Shown here piece after piece: positions 11,437 to 20,871 of a DNA stretch of 64,000 nucleotides. The notes below the pieces were generated by a model. That model searched no databases, was not told the origin of the DNA, and worked only from the letters and a program-made list of their open reading frames with translations. Origin of the DNA: an uncultured Solirubrobacterales bacterium (GTDB lineage: Bacteria > Actinomycetota > Thermoleophilia > Solirubrobacterales > 70-9). Each line of letters opens with the position of its first letter. The stretch's first letter is position 1. Position numbers and translations under genes: made by a program. Location of the stretch: positions 83,433 to 147,432 of the forward strand of contig CAVZSH010000007.1 in NCBI GenBank assembly GCA_963777915.1, written 5' to 3'.

Positions 11437-12579
11437 CTAAGCGATGCGGTCCAATGTGCTCAAACCGTGGGTGTGGCGGTCGGAGTGGGCCGCGCCGCGC
11501 CGCGCCAGGGCCATCAGCACGGAGAAGACGGCGAGCCCGAGCAGGTTCAGCCACAGCTTGTAGTCGAGCTGAACCGAGCCGAAGATGTCGCTGCGGCTGG
11601 GCCGGGCGGTCGGGATCAGGCCCGCGAGGCCGAAGAGGAGGTCGACGATCAGCGCCGCCAGCACCATCGTCACAAACATCAGGGCGACGATCCGGATCGC
11701 GAACTCCCAACCGTAGAACTTCCTGTAGGCGAGCACGATCGGGATCACGATCAGGTCGGCGAAGATGAAGGCGATCACGCCGGCGAAGCTGATCCCCCCC
11801 GACCACAGCACCGCGGCGAGGGGCGCGTTGCCGACCGAACAGACGAAGCTGAGCACGGCAATCAGGGGACCGACCAGCACATTCTCGAGCGTCTTCACCG
11901 TCGCGGGCGCGTGCTCGATGAAGAGGACGTTGAAGAAGCCGTTGCCGAGCAGGCCGATGAAGCCGGCGAGCAGGAAGCCGATCGCGATCTCCTTCCACAG
12001 CATCCGCCAGTCGCCGCGGAAGTTGTAGGCGACGTCGGTCCAGGCCTCGCTGGAGGCGAGGCGCTTGCGCCACGACGTCCGCCGGCCCCCGGTCTGGTGC
12101 TGGTGAGCGGCTTGGGCCCGCTGTGCGTTGGCGCGGGCCTGCTGCTCGAGCCTGGGGGAGACGAAGAAGCGCAGCAGCGTCACCATCAGGGCGATCAGGA
12201 CGATGCCGCCGACGAACTCGGCGAGGGTGAACTGCCAGCCGATCAGGACCCAGATAACCAGCCCAAGCTCCCAGACGAGGTTGGTCGAGGCGAACTGGAA
12301 GGCGAGCGCAGCCCTCGCCGAGGCGCCCTTCTGGAAGAGCGACTTGGCGATCGCGATTGCGGCGTAGGAGCACGAGGACGAGGCGGCGCCGAGCCCCGTC
12401 GCCTTGGCGATCGGGCCGACCCCGGTGCCCGAGAGGGCGCCCTCGACCCGCTCGCGCGGCACCCAGGCCTGGACGATCGCGGAGATCGCGAAGCCCAGCA
12501 CCAGCGCCCACCAGACCTCGTAGGCCATCAGGAAGGACTGCTTCAAGCCTTCGCCGACCGTGCTCAATACCCCGTTCAT
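11437..12579 (-). CDS. permease of the COG0701/DUF318 (ArsP-like) family
   Basis: 380-aa polytopic ORF with SSSCSYAAIAIAKSLFQKGA and a second Cys-containing half (VCSVGNAPLAAVLW). Confidence 0.6.
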   Translation of the reverse strand: MNGVLSTVGEGLKQSFLMAYEVWWALVLGFAISAIVQAWVPRERVEGALSGTGVGPIAKATGLGAASSSCSYAAIAIAKSLFQKGASARAALAFQFASTNLVWELGLVIWVLIGWQFTLAEFVGGIVLIALMVTLLRFFVSPRLEQQARANAQRAQAAHQHQTGGRRTSWRKRLASSEAWTDVAYNFRGDWRMLWKEIAIGFLLAGFIGLLGNGFFNVLFIEHAPATVKTLENVLVGPLIAVLSFVCSVGNAPLAAVLWSGGISFAGVIAFIFADLIVIPIVLAYRKFYGWEFAIRIVALMFVTMVLAALIVDLLFGLAGLIPTARPSRSDIFGSVQLDYKLWLNLLGLAVFSVLMALARRGAAHSDRHTHGLSTLDRIA

Positions 12580-12621
12580 GGCGCCACCGTATCAAATACC
12601 CCCTGGGGGTATAGCGTGGCA

Positions 12622-13888
12622 TCACCCAAGCCCGAGGCGACGCGCCCGTTCGACCGCGCGGGCCACGATCTCCTCGCTGCCGAGGAGCTCTCCGCCGCGC
12701 ATCAGTACTCGGCCGGCGACCACCGTGGTGTCGACGATCTGCCCAGAGGCGGCGTAGACGAGATCGTCGGCCAGTTTCCCGAGGCTCAGCTCCGGCGCCC
12801 CGCGGCGCAACAGCAAGAAGTCGGCCGGCGCGTCGGCGGCGAGCGGCGTGCCCGCCCCGAGCAGCGGGGCGCGGTGGCCCGTCGCTATCTCCCAGGCTTC
12901 TGCGGCGCAGATCGCCGCCGGGTCGCCCGCCGCGTGCTTTTGCGCCAGGGCAAAGGTCTTCAGGTCGGAGAGGAGGTCGAGCGAGTCGTTGGAGCCGGCG
13001 CCGTCGGTGCCAAGGCCCACCGCGACGCCGGCCTCGCGCGCGGCGGGGTAGGGGAAGACGCCGCCGACCGCCAGCTTCAGGTTCGCCACCGGGTTAGTAA
13101 TCACGGTGGCGCCGCGCTCGGCGATTAGCTCCAGCTCGGAGCGATCGAGCCAGACGCCGTGGGCGAGCACGGTGCGCTCGCCCAGCATCCCGAGCCGGTC
13201 CAGGTAGGCGGCGGGGCGCAGCCCGTGCTCTTTGATGCAGTCGGCCACCTCCTGCTCGGTCTCGGAGAGGTGGATCTGGATCGGCAGGCCGCGCTCGCCC
13301 GCCAGCTGGCCCGCCCAGCGCAGCAGCTCTTCGCTGACCGTGTAGATCGAGTGGGGGGCGAGGGTGCGCCCGACATCCGACTCGAGTCCCTCCAGCTGAT
13401 CGAGGTCTCGCAGCGCCGTCTCGCGCACCCTCTTCGTGTCGCCGCCGACGTCGAGCAGCGGCCCGCCGATCGTCGCTCGCAGACCGGCGTCGCGGACTGC
13501 GCGGGCGCTCTGCAGCGGGTGCCAGTACATGTCCCAGAAGCGGGTGGTGCCGGTGCGAATCATCTCGAGGCAGGCGAGGCGGGCGCCCCAGTAGACATCC
13601 TCGGGCTGAAGCTTCGCCTCGATCGGCCAGACCCGCTCCCGCAGCCAGCGCGGCAGCGGCAGCTCGCCGCCGCTGCCGCGGAACAGCGTCATCGCCGCGT
13701 GGGTATGGCCGTTTATCAGCGGCGCGATCAGCAGCGCCCCGGCCGCGTCGAGCGTCTGCCTCGCCAGGCCGGGGCTCGACCCCCGGGCCGAGCTCGGCGA
13801 TGCGGCCGTCCTCGCAGCGCAGGCCCACTGTCTCGCCGTCGAAGATGGCGCCGGTGACCGCCAGCGGCGCCGCGGCCTTGGGGCTCAC
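12622..13888 (-). pseudogene. MtaD-like amidohydrolase (5-methylthioadenosine/SAH deaminase family) with one frameshift near 13760
   Basis: Codons from GTG 13888 (VSPKAAAPLAVTGAIFDGETVGLRCEDGRIAELGPG) are in one frame. The segment from LDAAGALLIAPLINGHTHAAM onward (HxH metal site, track ORF 12622..13692) is in another frame. The span is 1267 nt, which is 3n+1. Confidence 0.75.
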
Positions 13889-14562
13889 GGCCCTACGGCG
13901 CCCAGCCTCGGCAGCACCGCCACCAGGGCCTTGCGCAGGCGCTCGGCGTTGGCGTCGCGGTCGGCTTCCAGCTCGGTGAGGGCGAGCGATTCCGACCCGA
14001 TCCCGTTGGCGAGGTTGTCGACCACGCAGATTGCCGCGTAGGCGAGCCCCAGCTCGGCGGCGACGATGCACTCCGCCGCGATCGTCATCCCGACCACGTC
14101 GGCGTGCGCAGCGATCAGCCGGATCTCCGCTGGGGTCTCGAACCGCGGCCCGATCGTCTGCCAGTAGACGCCCCCATCGCGCAGGGCGGGCTCGTCTCCT
14201 CCCCAGGCCGAGACGACCTCGGCACGCCAGCGGCGGTCGAACCCGGGGGCCGTGTGGGCGTGCTCGTCCTCGAGGCTGGTGATGCCGAGGTGCAGGGCGA
14301 TGAAGTCGTCGGGGCAGATGAGACTGCCGACCGGGAGACTCGGGGCCAGCGAGCCGACCGAGCCGACCGCGAGCACACGGTCACAGCCCAGCTCGCCCAG
14401 GCCTCTGAGGTTGGCGGCGTGGTCGATCTCGTGCGGCAGGCGATAACGCTCGGCGCCGTGGCGCTGCACGACCGCGGCCCCATGCTCCGCGGCCGCCCCG
14501 GCGAGCGCCTCGCCCCGCGAGCCGAGCGCGTTGCTGCCAAGCACTACCGCCAGCCGTCCCAT
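13885..14562 (-). CDS. S-methyl-5'-thioadenosine phosphorylase / purine nucleoside phosphorylase family
   Basis: Contains VVGMTIAAECIVAAELGLAYAAICVVDNLANG, typical of MTAP-type PNP. Its stop overlaps the next gene's GTG (GTGA). Confidence 0.75.
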   Translation of the reverse strand: MGRLAVVLGSNALGSRGEALAGAAAEHGAAVVQRHGAERYRLPHEIDHAANLRGLGELGCDRVLAVGSVGSLAPSLPVGSLICPDDFIALHLGITSLEDEHAHTAPGFDRRWRAEVVSAWGGDEPALRDGGVYWQTIGPRFETPAEIRLIAAHADVVGMTIAAECIVAAELGLAYAAICVVDNLANGIGSESLALTELEADRDANAERLRKALVAVLPRLGAVGP

Positions 14563-14604
14563 CCCGCCGATCCTATGTCGAGGCCCGAGGGCGAGGCGAT
14601 CCGC

Positions 14605-15222
14605 TCAGCCGCGCGCCGCGAGCGCGGCGGCTGCCGCCCGATCGGCCCTCAATCCCGCCAGCTGAGCCTCCAGTTCGCCGAGGAAGGGGAGTTCGGGGGC
14701 CTCGCGGGCGAGCAGGTCGAGGTCGGCATCCCAGACCGCGACCTTGACGTCCAGCGGCGCCTTCAGCTCCTCGCCGACCGCCTCGCCCTGGTTGGCGTAG
14801 ACCCGGCGCAGCGCCCGGATATTGGCGAGCTTGTCGGCCGCGTAGATCGCCAGTGCGCTCGGGCCCGCCTGCTCGACCTGGGCGCGATGTAGGTCCTTGC
14901 GTCGCTCGTAGAGCTCGATCTCTTCCGGGTCGGTCAGCGCCTCAACCAGGCCGCCGACCGGCTCGCCGAAGCGCGCCCGGATCTCGTCGAACTCGGCGGA
15001 GCTCTCCTCGACCACGTCGTGCAGGAGCGCTGCCGCCAGCACCTCGTCGGGAAAGTCGTGCTCGGCGAGCAGCTCGGCGACCGCGATCGGGTGCTCGATG
15101 TAGGGCCTGCCGCCGCTGCCGTTGCGAATCTGACCGGCGTGTGCTTCCCTCGCCGCTTCGAGTGCGCCCCGGACCAGATCCGAGCGGTCCGCGGCGGCCT
15201 CGATCCGAGGGGACGACGACAT
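14605..15222 (-). CDS. HD-domain phosphohydrolase (RelA/SpoT-hydrolase-like)
   Basis: Contains YIEHPIAVAELL...ALLHDVVEES (H..HD). Confidence 0.65.
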   Translation of the reverse strand: MSSSPRIEAAADRSDLVRGALEAAREAHAGQIRNGSGGRPYIEHPIAVAELLAEHDFPDEVLAAALLHDVVEESSAEFDEIRARFGEPVGGLVEALTDPEEIELYERRKDLHRAQVEQAGPSALAIYAADKLANIRALRRVYANQGEAVGEELKAPLDVKVAVWDADLDLLAREAPELPFLGELEAQLAGLRADRAAAAALAARG

Positions 15223-15259
15223 CTCCCAGGAGCGTAGCGGGCGGGAAGGGGCGGCCGGC

Positions 15260-16141
15260 TCAGCCAGCGGCGATCGGGCTCGGCGCCAGCACCGGCAGCT
15301 CGTACTCGGCTCGCTCTGCGCCCAGCTCGATCATGCCTTCGGCCCCGCCCTGTTCCGCCCACCGCTCCCGCGTCTCCTGGCCGAAGCCGTCAAGGAACTC
15401 GTCGCTGTGCAGCGGGTCGTGGTGAAAGAGAACGGTGCGCTCAGCACCGGTGCGGTGGGCGAAGGAGAGGGCGTGAGAGAGGGAGGAGTGCCCCCAACCG
15501 ACGTGCTCGGGATACTCGTGATCGGCGTACTGGCCGTCGTGGATCAACAGCGAGGTCTCGTGGGCCAGGGCGAAGCCGGAGATCCAGTCCTCATCGAGCG
15601 CCTCGAGGTCGGCGCCGAGTGCCGGCTCGTGGTCTGGGATGTAGGCGAGCGAGCTGCCGCCGTCGTCGATTCGGTAGCCGAGGGTCGGGCCGCGATGGGC
15701 GACAGAGGCGGCACGGATCCGGGCCGGACCGATCTCCCACTCGGTCTGCGGGCAGTGGCGGAAGGAGACGTCGCAGGGCAGCTCGCGGACCTCGACCGGG
15801 GAGAGCGGGGCAGAGATATAGCGGGCGATGCGGTCGCGTAGCGAGGCCTCTGGAGAAGCCGGCCCCCAGATCACGATCTCCGTCTGCGGGCAGAAGGCGG
15901 GGGCGAAGAAGACGAGCCCCTGGATGTGGTCGAGGTGAAGGTGAGTGAGGAGGATGTTGAGTCGGGCCGGCTTTTCGGCCAGCGCCAGGCCGAGGCTGCG
16001 AATGCCGGTGCCGGCGTCGAGCGCCAGCAGCGAGCCGTCGGAGAGGGTGACGCCAACGCAGGAAGTGTTACCGCCGTAGCGGATCGTCTCCGGCCCCGGG
16101 GACGGGATCGAGCCGCGCGTGCCCCAGAGTTTTATTTTCAT
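15260..16141 (-). CDS. MBL-fold metallo-hydrolase
   Basis: Contains MKIKLWGTRGSIP...LLTHLHLDHIQG (HxHxDH). The ATG at 16141 lies 1 nt after the PAS gene stop. An alternative start is at 16159. Confidence 0.75.
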   Translation of the reverse strand: MKIKLWGTRGSIPSPGPETIRYGGNTSCVGVTLSDGSLLALDAGTGIRSLGLALAEKPARLNILLTHLHLDHIQGLVFFAPAFCPQTEIVIWGPASPEASLRDRIARYISAPLSPVEVRELPCDVSFRHCPQTEWEIGPARIRAASVAHRGPTLGYRIDDGGSSLAYIPDHEPALGADLEALDEDWISGFALAHETSLLIHDGQYADHEYPEHVGWGHSSLSHALSFAHRTGAERTVLFHHDPLHSDEFLDGFGQETRERWAEQGGAEGMIELGAERAEYELPVLAPSPIAAG

Positions 16142-16142
16142 C

Positions 16143-16559
16143 TCAGTGCCCAGCCCCATTGCTCGGCGCGGTTGGCCAGAAGACGGCGATTGCGCCCTGA
16201 GATCCGTGCGGGGTGAGGATCGGGAAGGCAGAGACCTCGACCGAGTGGCGCGCTCCGTCGGCGGAGCTGATCTCGAAGTTCGCATGCGCTGGGCGGCCGT
16301 TGCGGACTGCGACGACCAGCGGCAGATCGTCGTAGGGGATCGGCTCACCGTCCTCATCGAAAGGGCCGAACAGCGAGCCCCACTCGGCAGGGCCGACGGT
16401 GCCGAGCTCCTCGAAGCGCTTGCCGAGCAGCATTCCGGCGGCCTCGTTGTAGAAGACGAGCAATCCGCCCTCGTCGACCAGGAAGGCCGGCGTCGAGAGC
16501 GCCGACATAAGATTGCGAGCGAGGATCAACTCGAGAGGCCTCTGCGACACAGATGACAC
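16143..16559 (-). CDS. single PAS-domain protein
   Basis: 138 aa. The pattern FLVDEGGLLVFYNEAAGMLLGKRFEELG...VAVRNGRPAHANFEISSADGARHSVEV is PAS-like. Confidence 0.55.
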   Translation of the reverse strand: MSSVSQRPLELILARNLMSALSTPAFLVDEGGLLVFYNEAAGMLLGKRFEELGTVGPAEWGSLFGPFDEDGEPIPYDDLPLVVAVRNGRPAHANFEISSADGARHSVEVSAFPILTPHGSQGAIAVFWPTAPSNGAGH

Positions 16560-16834
16560 TTTAGATAGTCGAGTTTGGCGTTGTGACTCGATTGCCGGGC
16601 TGATCGCTGCAGAAGCCAGACGACCACCCTCGCGCCTTTACCTGGGCGACTGCGTGACATCCGTCACGTATGCCGCGAGTGCGTCCACCTCAGCTTTGGT
16701 CCTCTTGCGGGCCATCAAGCCAGCCGCCGGGGTGACTCTCATGGCCCCCAGCTCGCGTTCAGCGTGCCCGATGTGCCCTCTGCTGCGCAAGGCGGTCGAG
16801 TAGAACTCATCTCCTTGTGAAGGAGCCGAGCGGT

Positions 16835-17440
16835 ATGTATAGGTTGGCGATGGCCGTCTGCCGGCCGGCCGCCGCGTGGGGGCGGCTGCGGGTGGAGGGC
16901 CTTGACGCCCTGCCGGCGAGCGGGCCCGTGCTGCTGGTCGGCAATCACGACAGCCATTGGGACTCGGTGATGATCGGCGTCGCGGCGATCCGGCGCCGCC
17001 AGATCAAGGCGCTCGCCAAAGCCCAGCTCTGGGACGTGCGGGGACTGAGTCCGGTGCTGAACGGGATGGGCCAGATCCCGATCGAGCGAGGCGCGGGGGA
17101 TGCGGGCGCCCTTTCCCGTGCGGTCGAGGAACTGCGCGCCGGCGCCTGCATCGGCGTTTTCCCCGAAGGGACTCGCTCGCGGGGCAAGGTGCTGCGGGCG
17201 CGCAGCGGCGTCGGTCGTCTCGCGCTGGATGTCCCGGAGGCGAGGCTTGTGTGCGTCGCGATCGAGGGGACGACCGCCTTTACTGGCTTTCCGAGCCGCC
17301 CTCGGGTGTGGGCCCGCTTCTTTGATCCGGCCGGTGGTCAGGCCCAACCGGGGGAGGAGCCGGGGGCGATCGCGTCGCGGCTCCTGACGGAGATCCGCGA
17401 GCTCGTCCCGCCGAGTGCCGCGGGCCGAAAGCGCCGTTAG
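16835..17440 (+). CDS. plsC: 1-acyl-sn-glycerol-3-phosphate acyltransferase family protein
   Basis: HX4D motif GNHDSHWD and FPEGTRS. ATG 16835 sits 9 nt after AAGGAG. Confidence 0.8.
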   Translation: MYRLAMAVCRPAAAWGRLRVEGLDALPASGPVLLVGNHDSHWDSVMIGVAAIRRRQIKALAKAQLWDVRGLSPVLNGMGQIPIERGAGDAGALSRAVEELRAGACIGVFPEGTRSRGKVLRARSGVGRLALDVPEARLVCVAIEGTTAFTGFPSRPRVWARFFDPAGGQAQPGEEPGAIASRLLTEIRELVPPSAAGRKRR

Positions 17441-17556
17441 CTGCCCGCCCTTCTCCGCTGGCGTGCAGACTGCCCGCGCAGCGAGGGATCCACGGCTGTC
17501 CGGGGCACGGACAACCCGCGGGCCGGGTTCAGGCCCGGTCCGGCAAATGCAGCGAC

Positions 17557-17585
17557 CCCGGCGCCGGCAGAGCGCCGGCGCCGGG
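17557..17585. terminator. 12-bp GC hairpin between convergent plsC and the DUF5679 gene (candidate bidirectional terminator)
   Basis: CCCGGCGCCGGC-agagc-GCCGGCGCCGGG is a perfect 12-bp stem with a 5-nt loop. It has no clear U-tract. Confidence 0.45.
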
Positions 17586-17610
17586 AGGCGGCAGCTTCAG
17601 GGACCGGCTC

Positions 17611-17754
17611 CTAGAGTTTGCCGATCTTGAAGATCTTCGTGCCGCAGTCGGGGCACACACCCTGGATCGCCGGGCGACCGTTTTTCATGGTCACCTGTTT
17701 CGCGTCTCTGATCTCGACCTTCTTGCGCTCTTTGACGCAGTAGCCCTCGGGCAT
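17611..17754 (-). CDS. DUF5679-type small Cys-pair protein (47 aa)
   Basis: MPEGYCVKERKKVEIRDAKQVTMKNGRPAIQGVCPDCGTKIFKIGKL has the conserved actinobacterial CxK...CPxCG layout. It forms the tail of track ORF 17611..18039, whose upstream part is Arg/Pro-rich shadow sequence. Confidence 0.7.
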   Translation of the reverse strand: MPEGYCVKERKKVEIRDAKQVTMKNGRPAIQGVCPDCGTKIFKIGKL

Positions 17755-17878
17755 GAGGGGGCCTCCTTTCGCTGCCGCTTCGCGGCAAAGCTCGCGGTTG
17801 CTCGCGAGGTGGATTGAGGCGAATGTAACGCAGGGCGTGGACGATGACCACGCACATACGTGCGCTTCATCACAAGCG

Positions 17879-18232
17879 CTATTTCTTCGCGCCGCTCGCC
17901 TTGGAGCCCTTCGAGTGCGCCTGGAGTGCTTTGACCTGGGCCTCAAGCCTGGCGACTTCCGTCTGCGCTCCTTTGGCCTCGGCTTCAGCCGAGGCCACCC
18001 GGCTTTCCAGCTGAGCGCTCTGCGAGGAGCTGCCGCCAAGCTGGTCTACCTGAGTCTGAACCTGCCGGATTTCGGCCTTGCTGGCGCTCTTTTCGGCGCT
18101 GTCCAGCGCCAGGTAGATGGCTGCGCCCGCACCGCCGACGGCGATCGCCACCAACACCAAGCCCACCCGCGTGCGGGAACCGAGCTTGCGCTCCAGCTCT
18201 CCGATCCAGGCCCGCAAACCGTCCAGCGGCAT
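17879..18232 (-). CDS. membrane-anchored coiled-coil protein (hypothetical)
   Basis: One TM segment (VGLVLVAIAVGGAGAAIYLAL) followed by heptad-like Ala/Gln/Glu-rich sequence. Confidence 0.45.
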   Translation of the reverse strand: MPLDGLRAWIGELERKLGSRTRVGLVLVAIAVGGAGAAIYLALDSAEKSASKAEIRQVQTQVDQLGGSSSQSAQLESRVASAEAEAKGAQTEVARLEAQVKALQAHSKGSKASGAKK

Positions 18233-18325
18233 CGATCTAACCTAGCCTAGAAAGGCGGCCGCGAGTCGCGTCAACTACCCTGCGGCCCGCACTTTCGCAC
18301 CCAAGCTCCCAAGGAGATAGACCGC

Positions 18326-19486
18326 ATGCCCGAAGCAGTGATCGTCGACACCCTCCGCACGCCGATCGGCCGCGCCTTCAAGGGCTCCCTCGCCCAGCTT
18401 CGCCCCGACGAGATGGGCGCCTTTGTCGTCGACCGCCTGCTTGAGCGAACCCCCGAGCTCGACCCGGCCACGGTCGAGGAGGTCTTCTGCGGCTGCGGCA
18501 TGCCGCAGGGCCTTCAGGCCTTCAACATCGGCCGCATCATCTCGCTTCTCTCCGAGAAGCTGCCGCAGACCGTCACCGGGGTCACCATCTCCCGCTACTG
18601 CTCCTCCAGCCTCGACGCGATCCGCCACGCGGGCAACGCGATCAAGGCCGGCGAGGGCGATGTCTACATCGCCGCCGGAGTCGAGTGGGTGAGCCGCTAC
18701 AACGAGCGCACCGAGCCGGCCGGCGCCGACGATCAGAACGAGAGCCTGCAGGGCAATAACGGCCAGCCAAACGCCTACATAGAGATGGGTAAGACGGCGG
18801 TCAACGTCGCCAAGAAATACGAGGTCAGCCGGGCCGATATGGACAAGTTCGCGCAGCGCTCCCAGGAACTGGCGGTGAAATCCCAGGAGGACGGCTTCTT
18901 TGAGCGCGAGATCGTCCCGGTGAGGCTGCCGGACGGCACCGAGGTCGCCAAGGACGACGGGCCGCGCGCCTCCTCGACCCTGGAGAAGCTCTCAGAGCTG
19001 CCCGAGGCCTTTGGCGGCGGCGGCGTCACCGCCGGTAACTCCTGCCCGCTCAACGACGGTGCTGCCGCGGTCTTGTTGATGAGTGACACCAAGGCCGAGG
19101 AGCTTGGCCTGACCCCGCGGGCGCGGATCATCACCGCCGCCACCTGGGGCAACGAGCCCGAGTACATGGGAGTCGCCCCGATCGGCGCGATCAAGAAGGT
19201 GCTGGACCGGGCCGGGATGACGATCTCCGACGTCGATGCGGTCGAGCTGAATGAGGCCTTCGCCGCCCAGGTGATCCCGATCATGGACCAATGCGGGATC
19301 ACGATCGAGAAGCTCAACACCCACGGCGGCGCGATCGCCCTCGGCCATCCCTTCGGGATGACCGGAGCCCGCATCATGGGCACTCTGCTCAACGCGATGG
19401 AGACCGACGACCACCAGGTCGGGCTGGAGACGATGTGCGTCGCCGGGGGACAGGGCAAGGCGATGATCGTCGAGCGCCTCAACTAG
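18326..19486 (+). CDS. acetyl-CoA C-acyltransferase (thiolase)
   Basis: Active-site context YCSSSLDAI, plus NEAFAAQ, GGAIALGHPFGMTGAR and CVAGGQG. Confidence 0.9.
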   Translation: MPEAVIVDTLRTPIGRAFKGSLAQLRPDEMGAFVVDRLLERTPELDPATVEEVFCGCGMPQGLQAFNIGRIISLLSEKLPQTVTGVTISRYCSSSLDAIRHAGNAIKAGEGDVYIAAGVEWVSRYNERTEPAGADDQNESLQGNNGQPNAYIEMGKTAVNVAKKYEVSRADMDKFAQRSQELAVKSQEDGFFEREIVPVRLPDGTEVAKDDGPRASSTLEKLSELPEAFGGGGVTAGNSCPLNDGAAAVLLMSDTKAEELGLTPRARIITAATWGNEPEYMGVAPIGAIKKVLDRAGMTISDVDAVELNEAFAAQVIPIMDQCGITIEKLNTHGGAIALGHPFGMTGARIMGTLLNAMETDDHQVGLETMCVAGGQGKAMIVERLN

Positions 19487-19497
19487 GAGGCTCCGGC

Positions 19498-20415
19498 TTG
19501 GCCCGACTTGAGACGCTGACCTACGAGACCGGCGATCGAGTCGCCCGCATCACCCTGAACCGGCCCGAGCGGGGCAACGGGATCACGCCGCAGATGCCGA
19601 CCGAGATCGCCGCCTGCGTCGAGCGGGCGAATCTCGACCCCGCTGTCCACGCGATCGCGTTGGCCGGCAACGGCAGCGGCTTTTGCGGTGGCTATGACCT
19701 GGTCGCCTCGGCCGAGGGAGAGATGGCGGAGCTCGGCGGGGCGCAGGCGCCGGCCGGCTCTCCCCTTGACCCGGCGACGATCGCCGCCAACCATGCGCCG
19801 GACTCCAACTGGGACCCCGTCACCGACTATCAGTTCATGTCGCGCAACGTCCGCGGCTTCATGAGCCTCTTTCACTCCGAGAAGCCGGTGCTCTGCAAGG
19901 TCCACGGCTTCTGCGTCGCCGGCGGCACCGACATGGCGCTCTGTGCGGATCTGCTGGTAATCGCCTCCAACGCCAAGATCGGCTACCCGCCGGCCCGGGT
20001 TTGGGGCTCGCCGACGACTGCGATGTGGGCGGTGAGGCTCGGCGCGATGCGGGCCAAGCGGTTGCTGCTGACCGGCGACTCGCTGACCGGCGAGGAGGCG
20101 GCGGAGTGGGGCCTGGCGACAGAGGCGGCCCCCGCAGCTGAGCTGGACGAGCGCTTTGAGCGGTTGCTCGCCCGGGTCGCGCGGATGCCGGTCAACCAGC
20201 TGGTGATGATGAAGCTGCTGGTCAACCAGTCGATCCTCGCGCAGGGCCTCCAGCAGTCCCAGGCCCTGGGTACCTTCTTCGACGGCATCGCCCGCCACAC
20301 CGAGGAGGGACATGCCTTCGTGCGGCGCGCCGCCGAGGCCGGCTTCCGCGAGGCGGTGCGGGAGCGCGACGAGCCCTTCGGCGACCACGGCATGGAGGGC
20401 TTCGGAGTCGGTTAG
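19498..20415 (+). CDS. enoyl-CoA hydratase/isomerase (crotonase) family protein
   Basis: Contains ARITLNRPERGNGI and GNGSGFCGGYDL. TTG 19498 is 7 nt after AGGAGG. The upstream part of track ORF 19291.. overlaps the thiolase gene. Confidence 0.8.
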   Translation: MARLETLTYETGDRVARITLNRPERGNGITPQMPTEIAACVERANLDPAVHAIALAGNGSGFCGGYDLVASAEGEMAELGGAQAPAGSPLDPATIAANHAPDSNWDPVTDYQFMSRNVRGFMSLFHSEKPVLCKVHGFCVAGGTDMALCADLLVIASNAKIGYPPARVWGSPTTAMWAVRLGAMRAKRLLLTGDSLTGEEAAEWGLATEAAPAAELDERFERLLARVARMPVNQLVMMKLLVNQSILAQGLQQSQALGTFFDGIARHTEEGHAFVRRAAEAGFREAVRERDEPFGDHGMEGFGVG

Positions 20416-20427
20416 GGTGCCGAGCCG

Positions 20428-20871
20428 ATGAGCGACCGCCCTACCCTCACTCCGGAGACCGTCCGCGCCTTCATCGGCGACAGCTTCCCGGGCGACCTTG
20501 GGATCGAGCCGCTGGAGATCGAGGACGGCCACGCCCGCGGCAGGATCCTCGTCGATCGCCGCCACCTTCACCCGGGCGGCTACGTCCACGGCGGCGTGTG
20601 GACCGCGCTTGGCGACACCGTCGCCGCCTGGGCGACCTTCCGCAACATCCCCCCCGGGCACGACTTCACGACGATCGAGCTGAAGCTGAATGTCTTCTCC
20701 GCCGGGCTTCCGGGCGATGAGATCGTTGCCGTCGCAGAGCCCCTCCACGTCGGCCGTAGCACCGTGGTGATCGAGGTGAAGATCGAGCGCAGCCCGGCCG
20801 GTGGCGGCGAGCCGCGCCTCGCCGCCAACCTGATCGTCACCCAGTTCGTCCTTTCCCCCCGCCAGGGCTGA
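20428..20871 (+). CDS. PaaI-family hotdog thioesterase
   Basis: 147 aa with HPGGYVHGGVWTALGDTVA and VGRSTVVIEVKI, typical of the PaaI/YbgC hotdog fold. Confidence 0.75.
   Translation: MSDRPTLTPETVRAFIGDSFPGDLGIEPLEIEDGHARGRILVDRRHLHPGGYVHGGVWTALGDTVAAWATFRNIPPGHDFTTIELKLNVFSAGLPGDEIVAVAEPLHVGRSTVVIEVKIERSPAGGGEPRLAANLIVTQFVLSPRQG

Noticed and set aside
16647-16745. Small reverse-strand ORF MRVTPAAGLMARKRTKAEVDALAAYVTDVTQSPR* upstream of plsC.
   Set aside because: It is very short, I recognise no family, and there is no convincing RBS.
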